Below, in pieces: positions 36,126 through 48,500 of a stretch of DNA of 64,000 nt. Below the pieces are notes generated by a model. It saw nothing but the letters and a program-made list of their open reading frames with translations. It searched no databases and was not told the DNA's origin. The DNA is from Tubiluchus corallicola (lineage: Eukaryota > Animalia > Priapulida), in NCBI GenBank assembly GCA_030141605.1, contig JAQGDQ010000070.1, forward strand, positions 434,001 to 498,000, written 5' to 3'. Position 1 is the stretch's first letter, and the number at the start of each line of letters is the position of its first letter. Both the position numbers and the translations under genes were made by a program.

Positions 36126-39100
36126 TCACTAAATACACACTCCGTGACTACTGGGTTAAATCCCTCACACTTAAGTCAAAGAAAAATTAGTTTCATTAAA
36201 GTTTTCTTTCTTTATCTGCCTTCCAATAACTTTTATAGTAGTTTTCTTTCGTTGTTTGCACTTTAGTGGTAATTAATTGGCGTTGTTTCTGTCAGACAAT
36301 ATAATATCAAATTCAACAAGTTTAGGAATAAAAAGATTTTGGGAATTCCTATTGTTGCTTTCTTATCAGCTTGCTTGTAGCAAAACCTTGAATTAACCCA
36401 GATACCGTGAGGCGATACCTTGCCAATAGATTATTTCTGGCTTTTTATTGTCCGCACGCGTACTTAACTCTTTACCAACTTTTAAATTGTGAAATCTTTA
36501 ATCTTATTATAACATAGGCATTCAATACTGTCTCGTGTAACACCTCAATAGCGTGATCAGCTGGTTGGGGTTTGCATAAGGTTGGTATGGTGCTCACGTC
36601 GTATAGTTAATGTAGAAGTACTTACACCCCTGACAATAGACGAAATTGCACCTATGAAAAGAAACAGTAATTGCACCTACCTAAAGTATTTTATATTAAA
36701 TAATGACCTAACTATATATAATCTGTAATTCTCAAACAAACAAAGCTGCGTGATTCTAGGTGCATAAAATACATTTTAACATAATGTATGGTAGCCAATA
36801 CTAGTCATGTGTCATACAAGAACGAAGAAGTACTAAGGCTGTTGTCCCTGGCATGACTCCATACTGATTTTGCAGTAACTCAGCTGATTGATCTACTTCT
36901 TGTTTATATTCTCATGTAAATCTAATCTTCATTTCGTCATCATCACATTCACTTTTCATCGTCATTTCTTTGCCCTAGTATTTCATTCTCCTTAAATATT
37001 TTATTTTGCACATCCTATATCCTTTCTTTCCATTCTGCATTCTGCTTCGGTCTGTACAAATTTACCTTCTTGATCTGAGCTGATGTCCGAATATCTTGTA
37101 AATTTATGAATTTTTTGTTTGTTGTAGGAATTGTGTGTGTATTGTAATGTATGTAACAAGGAACGTAACGTCATGGCACTTTGGGAAAATAAACTAAAGT
37201 AAACTAATAATCTGAACTAATCTAAACTAAACACGAAAATCATTACAAAGAAAACCAAAGTGGTATGCGAGTAGTGTAACTGTTGTGAAATCTTCCACCT
37301 CCTATTATCTATGCAAATAATTTTGAACGATCTGCCTAATTAACCCGTGAAGGATAAGAAAAGCACATCGATCAATCACAAAGTAAAAACAAACCTCAAG
37401 AGCAACGTCCTAAGTAGAAACAAAAGCAACTGAAATAACAAACCAAGAGGAGTCAATTGGAAAAGATGGTCTTTTAAAAGTAGGTTCAACGGTGTATATG
37501 GCGGGGAACTGAAATGGATTGAGAGCAGAAATAAAATGACACTGAGTGAAGCTACCGTTTTCTGTACCGTACGGAAAAAATATCACGCGCGGCGAAGAGG
37601 AAATAATACTGAAAACTCACTGACGGGCATACTACTATGATTGGCACCCCATTTTGTGCAAATGGAATAATAACGGTTTGTTGCGTGCAAAACGGCTGCG
37701 TGTTCTGAGAGATTTGTTCTAACTGTATGGAACTTGATTGCTTTTACCTGTGAGAATACCAGTTGTAAGCAAAATGTTGAAAACTTTCCTTTAATTATTA
37801 TTGCCGCCACGGCAAAGAAAAATCTGCTATGTAATCTGCTGTTGATAGTTAGTATTAATGCTAAATATTTTTTATACAATTCAGTACCATCGATCATAAT
37901 CCAGCGTTTATTAGTAGTTTGAATAGTTGTAGCAAGACCGAAACCTAGCTCATTATCAACGTTGCGCATTTAAAATGAGGTACTGAACCGACAGAGGTCA
38001 GATGTGCCTTAGGCGTGTTCAAATGTGACTGCGTCATATTTCTGCTAAGCAAACAGATAGGACCAGTATGGCGAATAAAACTTCCCAGGGAAAGTACTGA
38101 ACCAAATGCAACCCATCGTTTCACTGACTAGCATTCATAATGTTTGACTTCGGTCGCCAAGCACACACTGTGACTACTCGGATATTCTCTGACCTCAAAA
38201 TGAGCACTGCTAAAAATAAGTACGTTTTAGAGGAAAAGCACAAGTTGTCGAAATGACAGTTAATGTTGTTGCACCTTAGTGCCTAGTTTTGAGTGAGTAG
38301 CAGCTGAATGAATTAATAATATAAGAAAAACAAAAAACATACAATTACTATGAAGATAGGACAGTAACAGTAAACGACGCTGGAATATGCGACACCTATG
38401 TGCGATTTGGTACAGTTAAACATCAATTTTCATTTCTCAAAAAGTAACGTTTACACAATACACTTCTACACAGTGCCGTAGGTGCAATGTGAGTTTTCAA
38501 ATTTTAATCACTAACAAAAGAAAGCATTAATAACGTTTAGTCAGTCGTAAATATAACCCTAGCTATAAAACTTGACAGAAATACAGCTGTAATAATTACA
38601 CATGGGCTTATTATCATACTGAAAGCTTGAGAACGGGTCAAAAGTTTGTTAAAAGCAAAAGCCGCACAAATGTCAAAATAGCCATTCCGAACACAAATTA
38701 AAAATTCTGAGCACGTTAGCGTAGCAAATATTTTACTAAACGGAGAAAAGTGTGTTGAAACATTAAGTTGCAGTAACTGACGTTAAAAGTTCGGCGGGTG
38801 TATTGTACATTGGATTAATCATTTACTTTTTACATCCCAGAATGGGAGCTTGCGTTGTTGTCCTGGTTCTTGTGGACAGTTTATTTTCAAAATCACAGGG
38901 GTTCACGCTGCACTTGAGTTTTTTTTAATTAATCTGGTTCACATCACGACTGAACAACATCAAACATACACGTGTGACTCCTTAAGAATAGCAAAAATAA
39001 ATCATTAGACTTTCCACGTGCCTATAATAGTTGCTTATAGTTTAGTTGCTTATACTGTGAAATCGGTAACTTAAATACTAAATAGTTGCTATCCACTTGG

Positions 39101-41321
39101 TGGTTACAAACTTACAGTAATTGCTGCAACCTCTCATTCGGTAACTTTTGAACAAGGCCTTTCAAAAAATACCCAGTATTAAAAAAGTTGCCCTTGACCA
39201 ATTGAAATTTTCTTCTGTTAACATCTATAGTTTTGCTGGAATTGCAGTAGTTATTGTTCTGAACTTGAAAAGGGCCATCATGTCGACACTCCTATAATGA
39301 TGTCACAAAAAAGTGCAGGCAAATTTCAGCTCCGCCCACAAAGTTATTGGCCATTATCAACGGGGTCGCGGATTGCATTACTTAAAGTTATTGAGAACGT
39401 CATAGACTTTGGACATAGGTCATCGGGTGCCTAACTAACACTGACCAATTGATCTAACTCTGTATATTGCAAAGGAAGAGAGTTCTTTTTAGACCTAAAC
39501 CAGCGAAAACCTTCATTAACTATGACAAAAATGCACTGCAAAACCGCTCATTGTATCAGCGGCTCAATTTTATGCTACAATTCGCGTGTTAATCAAAGGT
39601 TTTAACCACGCTGTAGCTTATTTTCCCTCGCCAATGAGCTGCTGTTATTGCAAGCGACCTTCAAATAAAACAAAAGTGATCATTAAATTGACTGGATTTA
39701 GACAGCTCAGTTGCCAGAATGAACGAAATTAGTAGTATAATTTGACTAAAGAATGCAGCCTGGTCACCTGGCGGATGATGTGTGAACACCACAAACAAGT
39801 AAACTGCAATATCAAAAGTTATCTATAATCAATAATTCTTTAATTATTACATGCAAAGTAAGCCAAAAGATGTGATAGTTATAGTTGACTTACACACAGT
39901 ATTTAGGAAGCAGCAGTACGTGGACGGACAGGTTGTATCCCTATCTTAGTTCCGCCACTTGATTGGGAAATTAATGAATTATCAACAACAATCTAGTGTG
40001 AAGGTCGAGAAAGCCGCCTTAGTGCATCTTTACCTGCTATTCTGGATAAGCAGGCATAATTAGACTTCAAGTGCTGCCAATAATCCATCCAACGACAATA
40101 AAACGGCGAATATTTCTGATGATATGTTGTTGTGAAAGAAGTTTATATGAGATAAAATGAAATATTTGGGGGACAAATTTCTTCTTAAAATTTAGTGTTG
40201 AAATTAGTGGGAGAACACCCATTTTGTCATTAATTTGAAGACTCGCTTCCTGTAATAAAATCCAGAAGGGTGGGTTGGGAATAATATCAACCCATGCCTT
40301 CAAACTTTGTCTGTAATCCTTAAAGCACACAAATAGTTTCGCCACTGCTAAAATAGACTGCAGTAGTTTGATAAGCTATTTACTGATAAACTGTAGTTAC
40401 CTATTGCAAATGAATTAAGAAACCGAACACTATGATCAAGTTAAAACAGTCCAAAAGTAAATATGGATTTGATTTTTTTAATTAAAACACGATACAAAAC
40501 TCTAATTTGCCTAAGTGAATTATGGTTTTATGTCTGTGCGTCTGTGGAGGAAAAATTACGAAATACACTATGCGTCTTAAAATCGTCTGACATAATTACT
40601 GAAACATTTAAATTTAATAGGTTACCTGACCATCACAATGAAGTTGTGCTTACACTAATGAATTTATTTCTGCCTTTTAAAAGAGGCCTAACGGTGGAAA
40701 GTTGTTTACCGATATTCAGGCCTACATGTTTACGATTTCACTTTGTATTTAAAATAACATGTTTATCCTCCGTTTACATTGCTGTATTTTAATTATACAC
40801 GTTTCGTAAGGAAATATGTTTGTATGTCACAAAGGTTTCGCTTTCAGACTCAGCCAGTAAAGAAAGTGAGAATGACGGAACGCCACAACGCGAAAATAAC
40901 AGTAATTGTTATTTTAGCATTAGCATTCCCTGCCTGAAGGACGAAAGTGAGACCGACAGGGCTTTTAATAAAAATCCTGAGCTAAACATTTATCCCGAAT
41001 GGACAGAAAGACGAATAGGTGCAGCCATTTTAGGAGAAAGATTTGTCACTTGTGTGCAGTGTTAAATAGGAGTAAAGAAAAGACGATATAGATGCGCTCT
41101 ACAAAACGAATTAACGATTACCACTTAACCTCGTAAAGATCTAAGAAAACTGGTAACCGGAAATGGCAGAGCTTTACATAATTCTGAACGCGATAAGTAT
41201 GGTAAATGCTAAATTCAATGGCCTATACCCTATAGCCTTGGCATTGAACTTGTATCATTGAGGCTTGTAAAGTCTGGATACTGTGGTCCACAAACTTAAT
41301 ATAAATCACAATTGTGTTTTA

Positions 41322-41377
41322 TTTATATGTATATAATATATATATACATATATAGTCATATATATATATATATATAT
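41322..41377. repeat. (TA)n microsatellite
   Basis: Direct read. Confidence 0.85.
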
Positions 41378-41784
41378 TGCAACTTGTATCATTGTGTGCG
41401 CCGATTTTCTTTTGTCTTGTGTCACTTGGTAGCATCACAATAATCTGATAGATGTGCCTCACCACTACACAGATATTACAGACTTATCTAACACTTTTTG
41501 CGTCAAGTTGGCTACACCAAACTGTCATAGCCTTTTTCTGGCTACCCCAAGCTTCACTAAACCTAAGACTTCAGGTCCGGACCTAACGGTAACCCTATAG
41601 ACGTTTTAAGAATTCTGAAAAATTTTGCAAAAAAATTACAGTTTTAAGACTTTTTTAATTAACTGTAAACAGCGTGTTACGATTCTCTTTATATCCTTTA
41701 TTGCATTTCAGAAGGCCTCTTCATTCCCAGTCGTTCTAAAACGAGATCGGAACAAAAAGCAAAAAAAATAACAGAAGGACCTAC

Positions 41785-41910
41785 CTGTGTTGCTCCTAGT
41801 TGTATGATCCGTGCAACCGGGTCTGCCATTACACCCTGACTGCATCCAGCACCTGTAAAAGGTTCCATTCTCAAAACCACATCCGCCGTGTTCGAAATCA
41901 CATTCAAATG
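41785..41910 (-). CDS. Mucin-MAM protein, exon 2 (MAM N-terminus)
   Basis: ttttttcag| ... |gtaggt, phase 1/1. Reads SFECDFEHGGCGFENGTFYRCWMQSGCNGRPGCTDHTTRSNTG (MAM C.FE...C and DHT...G signatures), a different frame from the ORF track. Confidence 0.9.
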
Positions 41911-42524
41911 CTGAAAAAATACAGAACTTGATAAAAGATGTACATAGACATTTACAGAAATTAAATAATGCATAACTTAGTAACGGGTAACTTATTACAG
42001 CATGGACGGTTATTAACAGACGGCAAACGAAGTCTGATTAAAAATATGAAAACTAAGTTCATGTCCATGTTTTTAAATTTCTAATGGGAGGGTTTTGTGA
42101 CACTCACTCATCACTGGAAAGCAGTTATACAATGGGCTAATATTATCTTCACTATGTATGATTATATTACTTCAGAAGGTATTTAGTCTAAAGTTCTAGA
42201 AACCTTAGCATTATAGACACGAAGCAAGAGTAGCAAACCACGTTAAATTAAATTCCGTTTCTTCCTAGTTACTGCTCACACAGAAGTGCCCCTTCTCCTA
42301 AATACATAGCTTATCCAATTCAATTTTCATGCTTTCCACACTTTACAGCTATTTAGACCCAACTTGCTTTTCCACAGGTTCCCCATCAATTAGCTAATGT
42401 ACATATGTCAAACCAGCGGTTAGTGAGAGTTGTGAAAAAACTAAAACTAAGCAAATAAGAAACCATGTAATGTAAAAAAAATGACTCCATTCAAATAAAC
42501 AGTTACGTAATGGTTAATACTTAC

Positions 42525-45500
42525 ACACTGCTTCATCTGCAACTACGACATTATCACTTATCGCAGTCCTTGTGGCTTCATTAATTTTCTGCGTCAAAAG
42601 AAGATCTGCAGCTGATGCATTGTCGTCACTAGCTTCTTCTTCTTCATCGTCATCGTCGTCATCGTCATCAGCGGTATCGTCATCGTCGTCATCGTCATCA
42701 TCGTCATCAGCGGTATCGTCATCTTTATCGACCTTCACAATTTTCTCTTTCTGTGTCGTCGAGGGTTCAGTAGATCCGGAAGTTCCAGGAGTGGCATCTC
42801 TCTGAAACACTTGGTCTCCCTTCTGCACAAACGTAGTACCTTCAGAAGAAAGTGTTGAGGTTTCAACTGGCTGTGTGGTGTTTTCAACAGATTGCGTAAC
42901 GCCTTCTTCAGAATCAAGTAATCCTAGAAAATTGAGTAAAGCTTGAAGTCTGCTTGAAATGGTAGTCTTTTTAGGTGCCTCTGTTTTCGGAACCGGTGTA
43001 ATTGGCTGTTTACTGGTAGTTTCAGTACTGTCTATCTGCATGGTGCTGGTTAGCTGGATAGTGGAAGTTTCTGCAGTGGTGCCTGAAGAAGTCTGTCTTG
43101 TAGTGTCCTCAACTAGCTTCATTGTAGTTTCTGTTGAAAGCTGTGTTGTAGTTTCCTCAATACGCTGCACTGTTGTTTCTGCTGAAGGATGAGTGGTAGT
43201 GCCATCAACAGGCTGCGTTGTAGTTTCTACTAAAGGCTGTGTTGTAGTGTCCTCAACAGACTGAGTGGTAATTTTTGCTGAAGGCTGTGTTGTAGTGTCC
43301 TCAACAGACTGCACTGTAGTTTCTGCTGAAAGCTGTGTTGTAGTGCCATCAACAGGCTGCATTGTAGTTTCTACTAAAGGCTGTGTTGTAGTGTCCTCAA
43401 CAGACTGAGTTGTAATTTCTACTGAAGGTTGTGTTGTAGTGTCCTCAACAGACTGCACTGTAGTTTCTGCTGAAAGCTGTGTTGTAGTGTCCTCAACAGA
43501 CTGCATTGTTGTTACTGCTGAAAGCTGTGTCGTAGTGTCCTCAACAGACTGCACTGTAGTTTCTGCTGAAAGCTGTGTTGTAGTGTCCTCAACTGACTGC
43601 GTTGCAGTTTCTGCTGAAGGCTGTGTTGTAGTGTCCTCAACAGACTGCGTTGCAGTTTCTGCTGAAAGTTGTGTTGTAGTGTCCTCAACTGACTGCGTAG
43701 CAGTTTCTGCTGAAAGTTGTGTTGTAGTGTCCTCAGCAGACTGCACTGTAGTGTCCGCTGAAAGTTGTGTTGTAGTGTCCTCAGCAGACTGCACTGTAGT
43801 TTCTGCTGAAAGCTGTGTTGTAGTGTCCTCAACAGACTGCACTGTAGTTTCTGCTGAAAGCTGTGTTGTAGTGTCCTCAACAGGCTGCACTGTAGTTTCT
43901 ACTGAAGGCTGTGTTGTAGTGTCCTCAACTAACTGCGTTGCAGTTTCTGCTGAAGGCTGTGTTGTAGTGTCCTCAACTGACTGCGTTGCAGTTTCTGCTG
44001 AAGGCTGTGTTGTAGTGTCCTCAACAGACTGCGTTGCAGTTTCTGCTGAAGGCTGTGTTGTAGTGTCCTCAACAGACTGCGTTGCAGTTTCTGCTGAAAG
44101 TTGTGTTGTAGTGTCCTCAACTGACTGCGTAGCAGTTTCTGCTGAAAGTTGTGTTGTAGTGTCCTCAGCAGACTGCACTGTAGTGTCCGCTGAAAGTTGT
44201 GTTGTAGTGTCCTCAGCAGACTGCACTGTAGTTTCTGCTGAAAGCTGTGTTGTAGTGTCCTCAACAGACTGCATTGTTGTTACTGCTGAAAGCTGTGTCG
44301 TAGTGTCCTCAACAGACTGCACTGTAGTTTCTGCTGAAAGCTGTGTTGTAGTGTCCTCAACTGACTGCGTTGCAGTTTCTGCTGAAGGCTGTGTTGTAGT
44401 GTCCTCAACAGACTGCACTGTAGTTTCTGCTGAAAGCTGTGTTGTAGTGTCCTCAACAGGCTGCACTGTAGTTTCTACTGAAGGCTGTGTTGTAGTGTCC
44501 TCAACTAACTGCGTTGCAGTTTCTGCTGAAGGCTGTGTTGTAGTGTCCTCAACTGACTGCGTTGCAGTTTCTGCTGAAGGCTGTGTTGTAGTGTCCTCAA
44601 CAGACTGCGTTGCAGTTTCTGCTGAAGTCTGTGTTGTAGTGTCCTCAACTGACTGCGTTGCAGTTTCTGCTGAAGGCTGTGTTGTAATGTCCTCAACTGA
44701 CTGCGTTGCAGTTTCTGTTGAAGGCTGTGTTGTAGTGTCCTCAACAAGTTGCATTGTAGTTTCTGCCGCAGTTTGCAAAACTGTCGTGATTTGGCCTGCT
44801 TGCGTTGGCTCAGAAGTAGTCAAACCAAAAAATTTCATGGTAGTTTCCAGCAAAGACGTAAGTGTACTAGAAACAGTAGTTGCTTCAGCTTGTTCTTCCA
44901 CAAGTGGCACGTCTGTAGAAATGACTTCGGCTACAATAGTTGTTGGTGCATCAGTTGTTTCAACTGCAGTGGTTCCTGGTGCTGGAGTTGTCTCTGCAAT
45001 AGTGGTTGTTGGTGCTACAGTTGTTTCTGCTGCGGTAGTTGTCGGTGCCATGGTTGTTACTGCTGCAGTTGCTGTTGGTGCAGTTGCTTCTGCTGCAGTC
45101 GTTGTTGGTGCCACAGTTGTTGTTGGTGCAGTTGTTTCTGCTACAGTAGCTGTGGGTGCTACTGTTCTTTCAGCTGCAGTAGTTGTGGGTGTCACAATTG
45201 TTTCTGCTGCAGTAGTCGTTGGCGCCACAGTTGTTTCTGCTGCAGTTGTTGTTGCTGCTGCAGTTGTTTCTGCTACAGTTGTTGTGGGTGCCACAGTTGT
45301 TTCTGTTGCAGTAATTGTTGGCGCCACTGTTCTTTCAGCTGCAGTTATTGTTCTTGCTGCAGTTGTTTCTGCTGCAGTAGTTGTGGGTGCCACAGTTGTT
45401 TCTGCTGCTGCAGTTGTAGGTGCTACAGTTGTTTCTACTACAGTAGTTGTGGGTACCACTGTTGTGTCTGCTGCAGCTGTTGTTGGTACCACAGTTGTTG

Positions 45501-48500
45501 TGGGTGCTACAGTTGTTTCAGCTACTGTAGTTGTTGGTACCACAGTTGTTTCTGCTACAGTTGTTGTGGGTGCTCCAGTTGTTTCTGCTACAGTTGTTGT
45601 TGGTGCCACAGTTGTGTCTGCTGCTGTTGTTGTTGGTACTGCAGTTGTTTCTGCTACAATAGTTGTAGGTGCTACAGTTGTTTCTACTACAGTAGTTGTG
45701 TGTACCACAGTTGTTTCTGCTGCAGTTGTGTCTGCTAAAGCAGTTGTAGGTGCTACAGTTGTTTCTACTGCAGTTGTTGTTTGTGCCTCAGTTGCTTCTG
45801 CTGCTGTAGTTGTTGGTGCTTCAGTTACTTTTTCTGCAGTAGTTGTGGGCATTACAGTTGTTTCTACTGCAATTGCTGTTGATGTAGCAGTTGTTTCTGC
45901 TGCAGTAATTGTTGGCGCCACAGTTGTTGTTGGTGCAGTTGTTTCTGCTACAGTAGGTGTGGGTGCTACTGTTCTTTCAGCTGCAGTAGTTGTTGGTGCC
46001 ACAGTTGTTTCTGCTGCAGTTGTTGTTGCTGCTGCAGTTGTTTCTGCTGCAGTTGTTGTTGCTGCTGCAGTTGTTTCTGCTACAGTTGTTGTGTTTGCCA
46101 CAGTTGTTTCTGTTGCAGTAATTGTTGGCGCCACAGTTGTTTCTGTTGCTGCAGTTGTAGGTGCTACAGTTGTTTCTGCTACAGTAGCTGTGGGTGCTAC
46201 TGTTCTTTCAGCTGCAGTAGTTGTTGGTGCCACAGTTGTTTCTGCTGCAGTAGTTGTAGGTACCACTGTTGTTTCTGCTGCAGTTGTTGTTGGTACCACA
46301 GTTGTTTCTGCTACAGTTGTTGTGGGTGCTCCAGTTGTTTCTGCTGCTGTAGTAGTTGGTAACACAGTTGTTTCAGTTGCAGTAGTCGTTGGTGCCACAG
46401 TTGTTTCTGCTACAATAGTTGTAGGTGCTACAGTTGTTTCTACTGCAGTTTTTGTTTGTGCCTCAGTTGCTTCTGCTGCTGTAGTTGTTGGTGCTTCAGT
46501 TGCTTCTTCTGCAGTAGTTGTGGGCGTTACAGTTGTTTCTGCTGCAATAGTTGTTGGTACAACAGTTGTTTCTGCTACAGTAGTTGTTTGTGCTGCAGTT
46601 GTTTCTGCTGCTGTACTTGTGGGTGCTACAGTTGTTTCTGCTATAGAAGTGGTGGGTGCCGCAGTTGTTTCTGCTGCAGTAGTTGTTTGAGCCACGGTTG
46701 TTGGAGCTGCAGTTGTTTCTGCTATGGTAGTTGTGGGTTCTACAGTTGTTTCTGCTGCAGTGGTTGTGGCTGCCACAGTTGTTTCCGCTCCAGTTGTTGT
46801 TTGTGCTACAGTTGTTTCTGCTGCAGTTGTTTCAGCTGTGGTAGTTGTTGGTACCACAGTTGTTTCTGCTACAGTTGTTGTGGGTGCTCCAGTTGTTTCT
46901 GCTGCTGTAGTAGTTGGTACCACAGTTGTTTCAGCTGCAGTAGTCGTTGGTGCCACAGTTGTTTCTGCTACAATAGTTGTAGGTGCTACAGTTGTTTCTA
47001 CTACAGTAGTTGTGGGTACTACAGTTGTGTCTACTGCAGTTGTTGTTTGTGCCTCAGTTGCTTCTGCTGCTGTAGTTGTGGGCGTTACAGTTATTTCTGC
47101 TGCGATAGTTGTTGTTGGTACCACAGTTGTTGTGGGTACTACAGTTGTTTCTGCTGCAGTGGTTGTGGCTGCCACAGTTGTTTGTGATCCAGTTGTTGTT
47201 TGTGCTACAGTTGTTTCTGCTGCAGTTGTTTCAGCTGTGGTAGTTGTGAGTGCCATAGTAGTTTCTGTTGCAATTGTTATGGGTACAGTTGCCTCTGCTA
47301 CAGTTGTTCCTGCTGCAGTTGTTGTTGGTGCAACAGTTCTTTCTGCTGCAGTTGCTGTTGGTGCCACAGTTGTTTCTGCTGCAGTTATTGTTTGTGCTGC
47401 AGTTGTTTCTGCTGATGTAGTTGTTGGCGCCACAGTTGTGTCTGCTGCAGTTGTTGTTGGTACTGCAGTTGTTTCTGCTACAGTAGTTGTGGGTGCCACA
47501 GTTGTGTCTGCTCCAGTTGTTGTTTGTGCTGCTGTTGTTTCTGCTACAGTTGTTTCTGCTGCTGTAGTTGTTGGTACCACAGTTGTTTCTGCTACAGTAG
47601 TTGTTGGTGCCACAGTTGTTTCTGCTCCAGTTGTTGTTTGTGCTGCAGTTGTTTCTGCTGCAGTAGTTGTGGGTGCTACAGTTGTTTCTGCTGCAGTTGC
47701 TTCTGCTGCAACCGTTGTTGGTGCTTCAGTTGCTTCTGCTGTAGTAGTAGTAGGTGCCTTTATTATTTCTACCGTAGTTGTTGTTTGTGCTGCAGTGGTT
47801 TCTGCTGCTGTAGCTGTTGGCGCCACAGTTGTTCCTGCAGCAGTTGTTGTTGGTGCCACAGTTGTGTCTGCTGCAGTTGTTGTTGGTACTGCAGTTGTTT
47901 CTGCTACAGTAGTTGTGGGTGCCACAGTTGTTTCTGCTCCAGTTGTCGTTTGTGCTGCAGTTGTTTCTACAGCAGTTGTTGTGGGTGCTACAGTTGTTTC
48001 TGCTGCAACAGTTGTTGGTGCCACAGTTGTTTCTACTCCAGTTGTTGTTTGTGCTGCAATAGTTGTGGGTGCTACAGTTGTTTCTGCTACAGTGGCTGTT
48101 GGTGCTGCAGTTGTTTCTGCTACAGTTGCTTCTGTTGCAACAGTTGTTGGTGCTGCAGTTGTTTCTGCTACAGTTGCTGTGGGTGCTGCAGTTGTTTCTG
48201 CTGCAGTTGCTTCTGTTGCAACAGTTGTTGGTGCTTCAGTTGCTTCTGCTGCAGTAGTAGTTGGTGCTTTTGTTATTTCTTCCGTAGTTGTTGTTCGTGT
48301 TGCAGTGGTTTCTGCTGCTGTAGTTGTTGGCGCCACAGTTCTGTCTGCTGCAGTTGTTGTTTGTGCTGCAATTGTTTCTGCTACAGTAGTTGTGGGTGCT
48401 GCAGTTGTTTCTGCTACAGTTGTTGTGGGTGCTACAGTTGTTTCTGCTACAGTAGTTGTTGGTGCCACAGTTGTTTCTGCTCCAGTTGTTGTCTGTGCTG

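Noticed and set aside
38825-38915. Minus-strand CDFEN motif as an alternative MAM exon
   Set aside because: No second Cys/Trp or DHT motif at the expected spacing, no proper acceptor, and an early stop.
41698-41973. 91-aa ORF as annotated
   Set aside because: Wrong frame; the real exon encodes the MAM N-terminus in another frame.
42514-42524. ORF-track C-terminus (CKY*) of the 4228-aa ORF
   Set aside because: Read-through into an intron past a consensus gtaagt donor.
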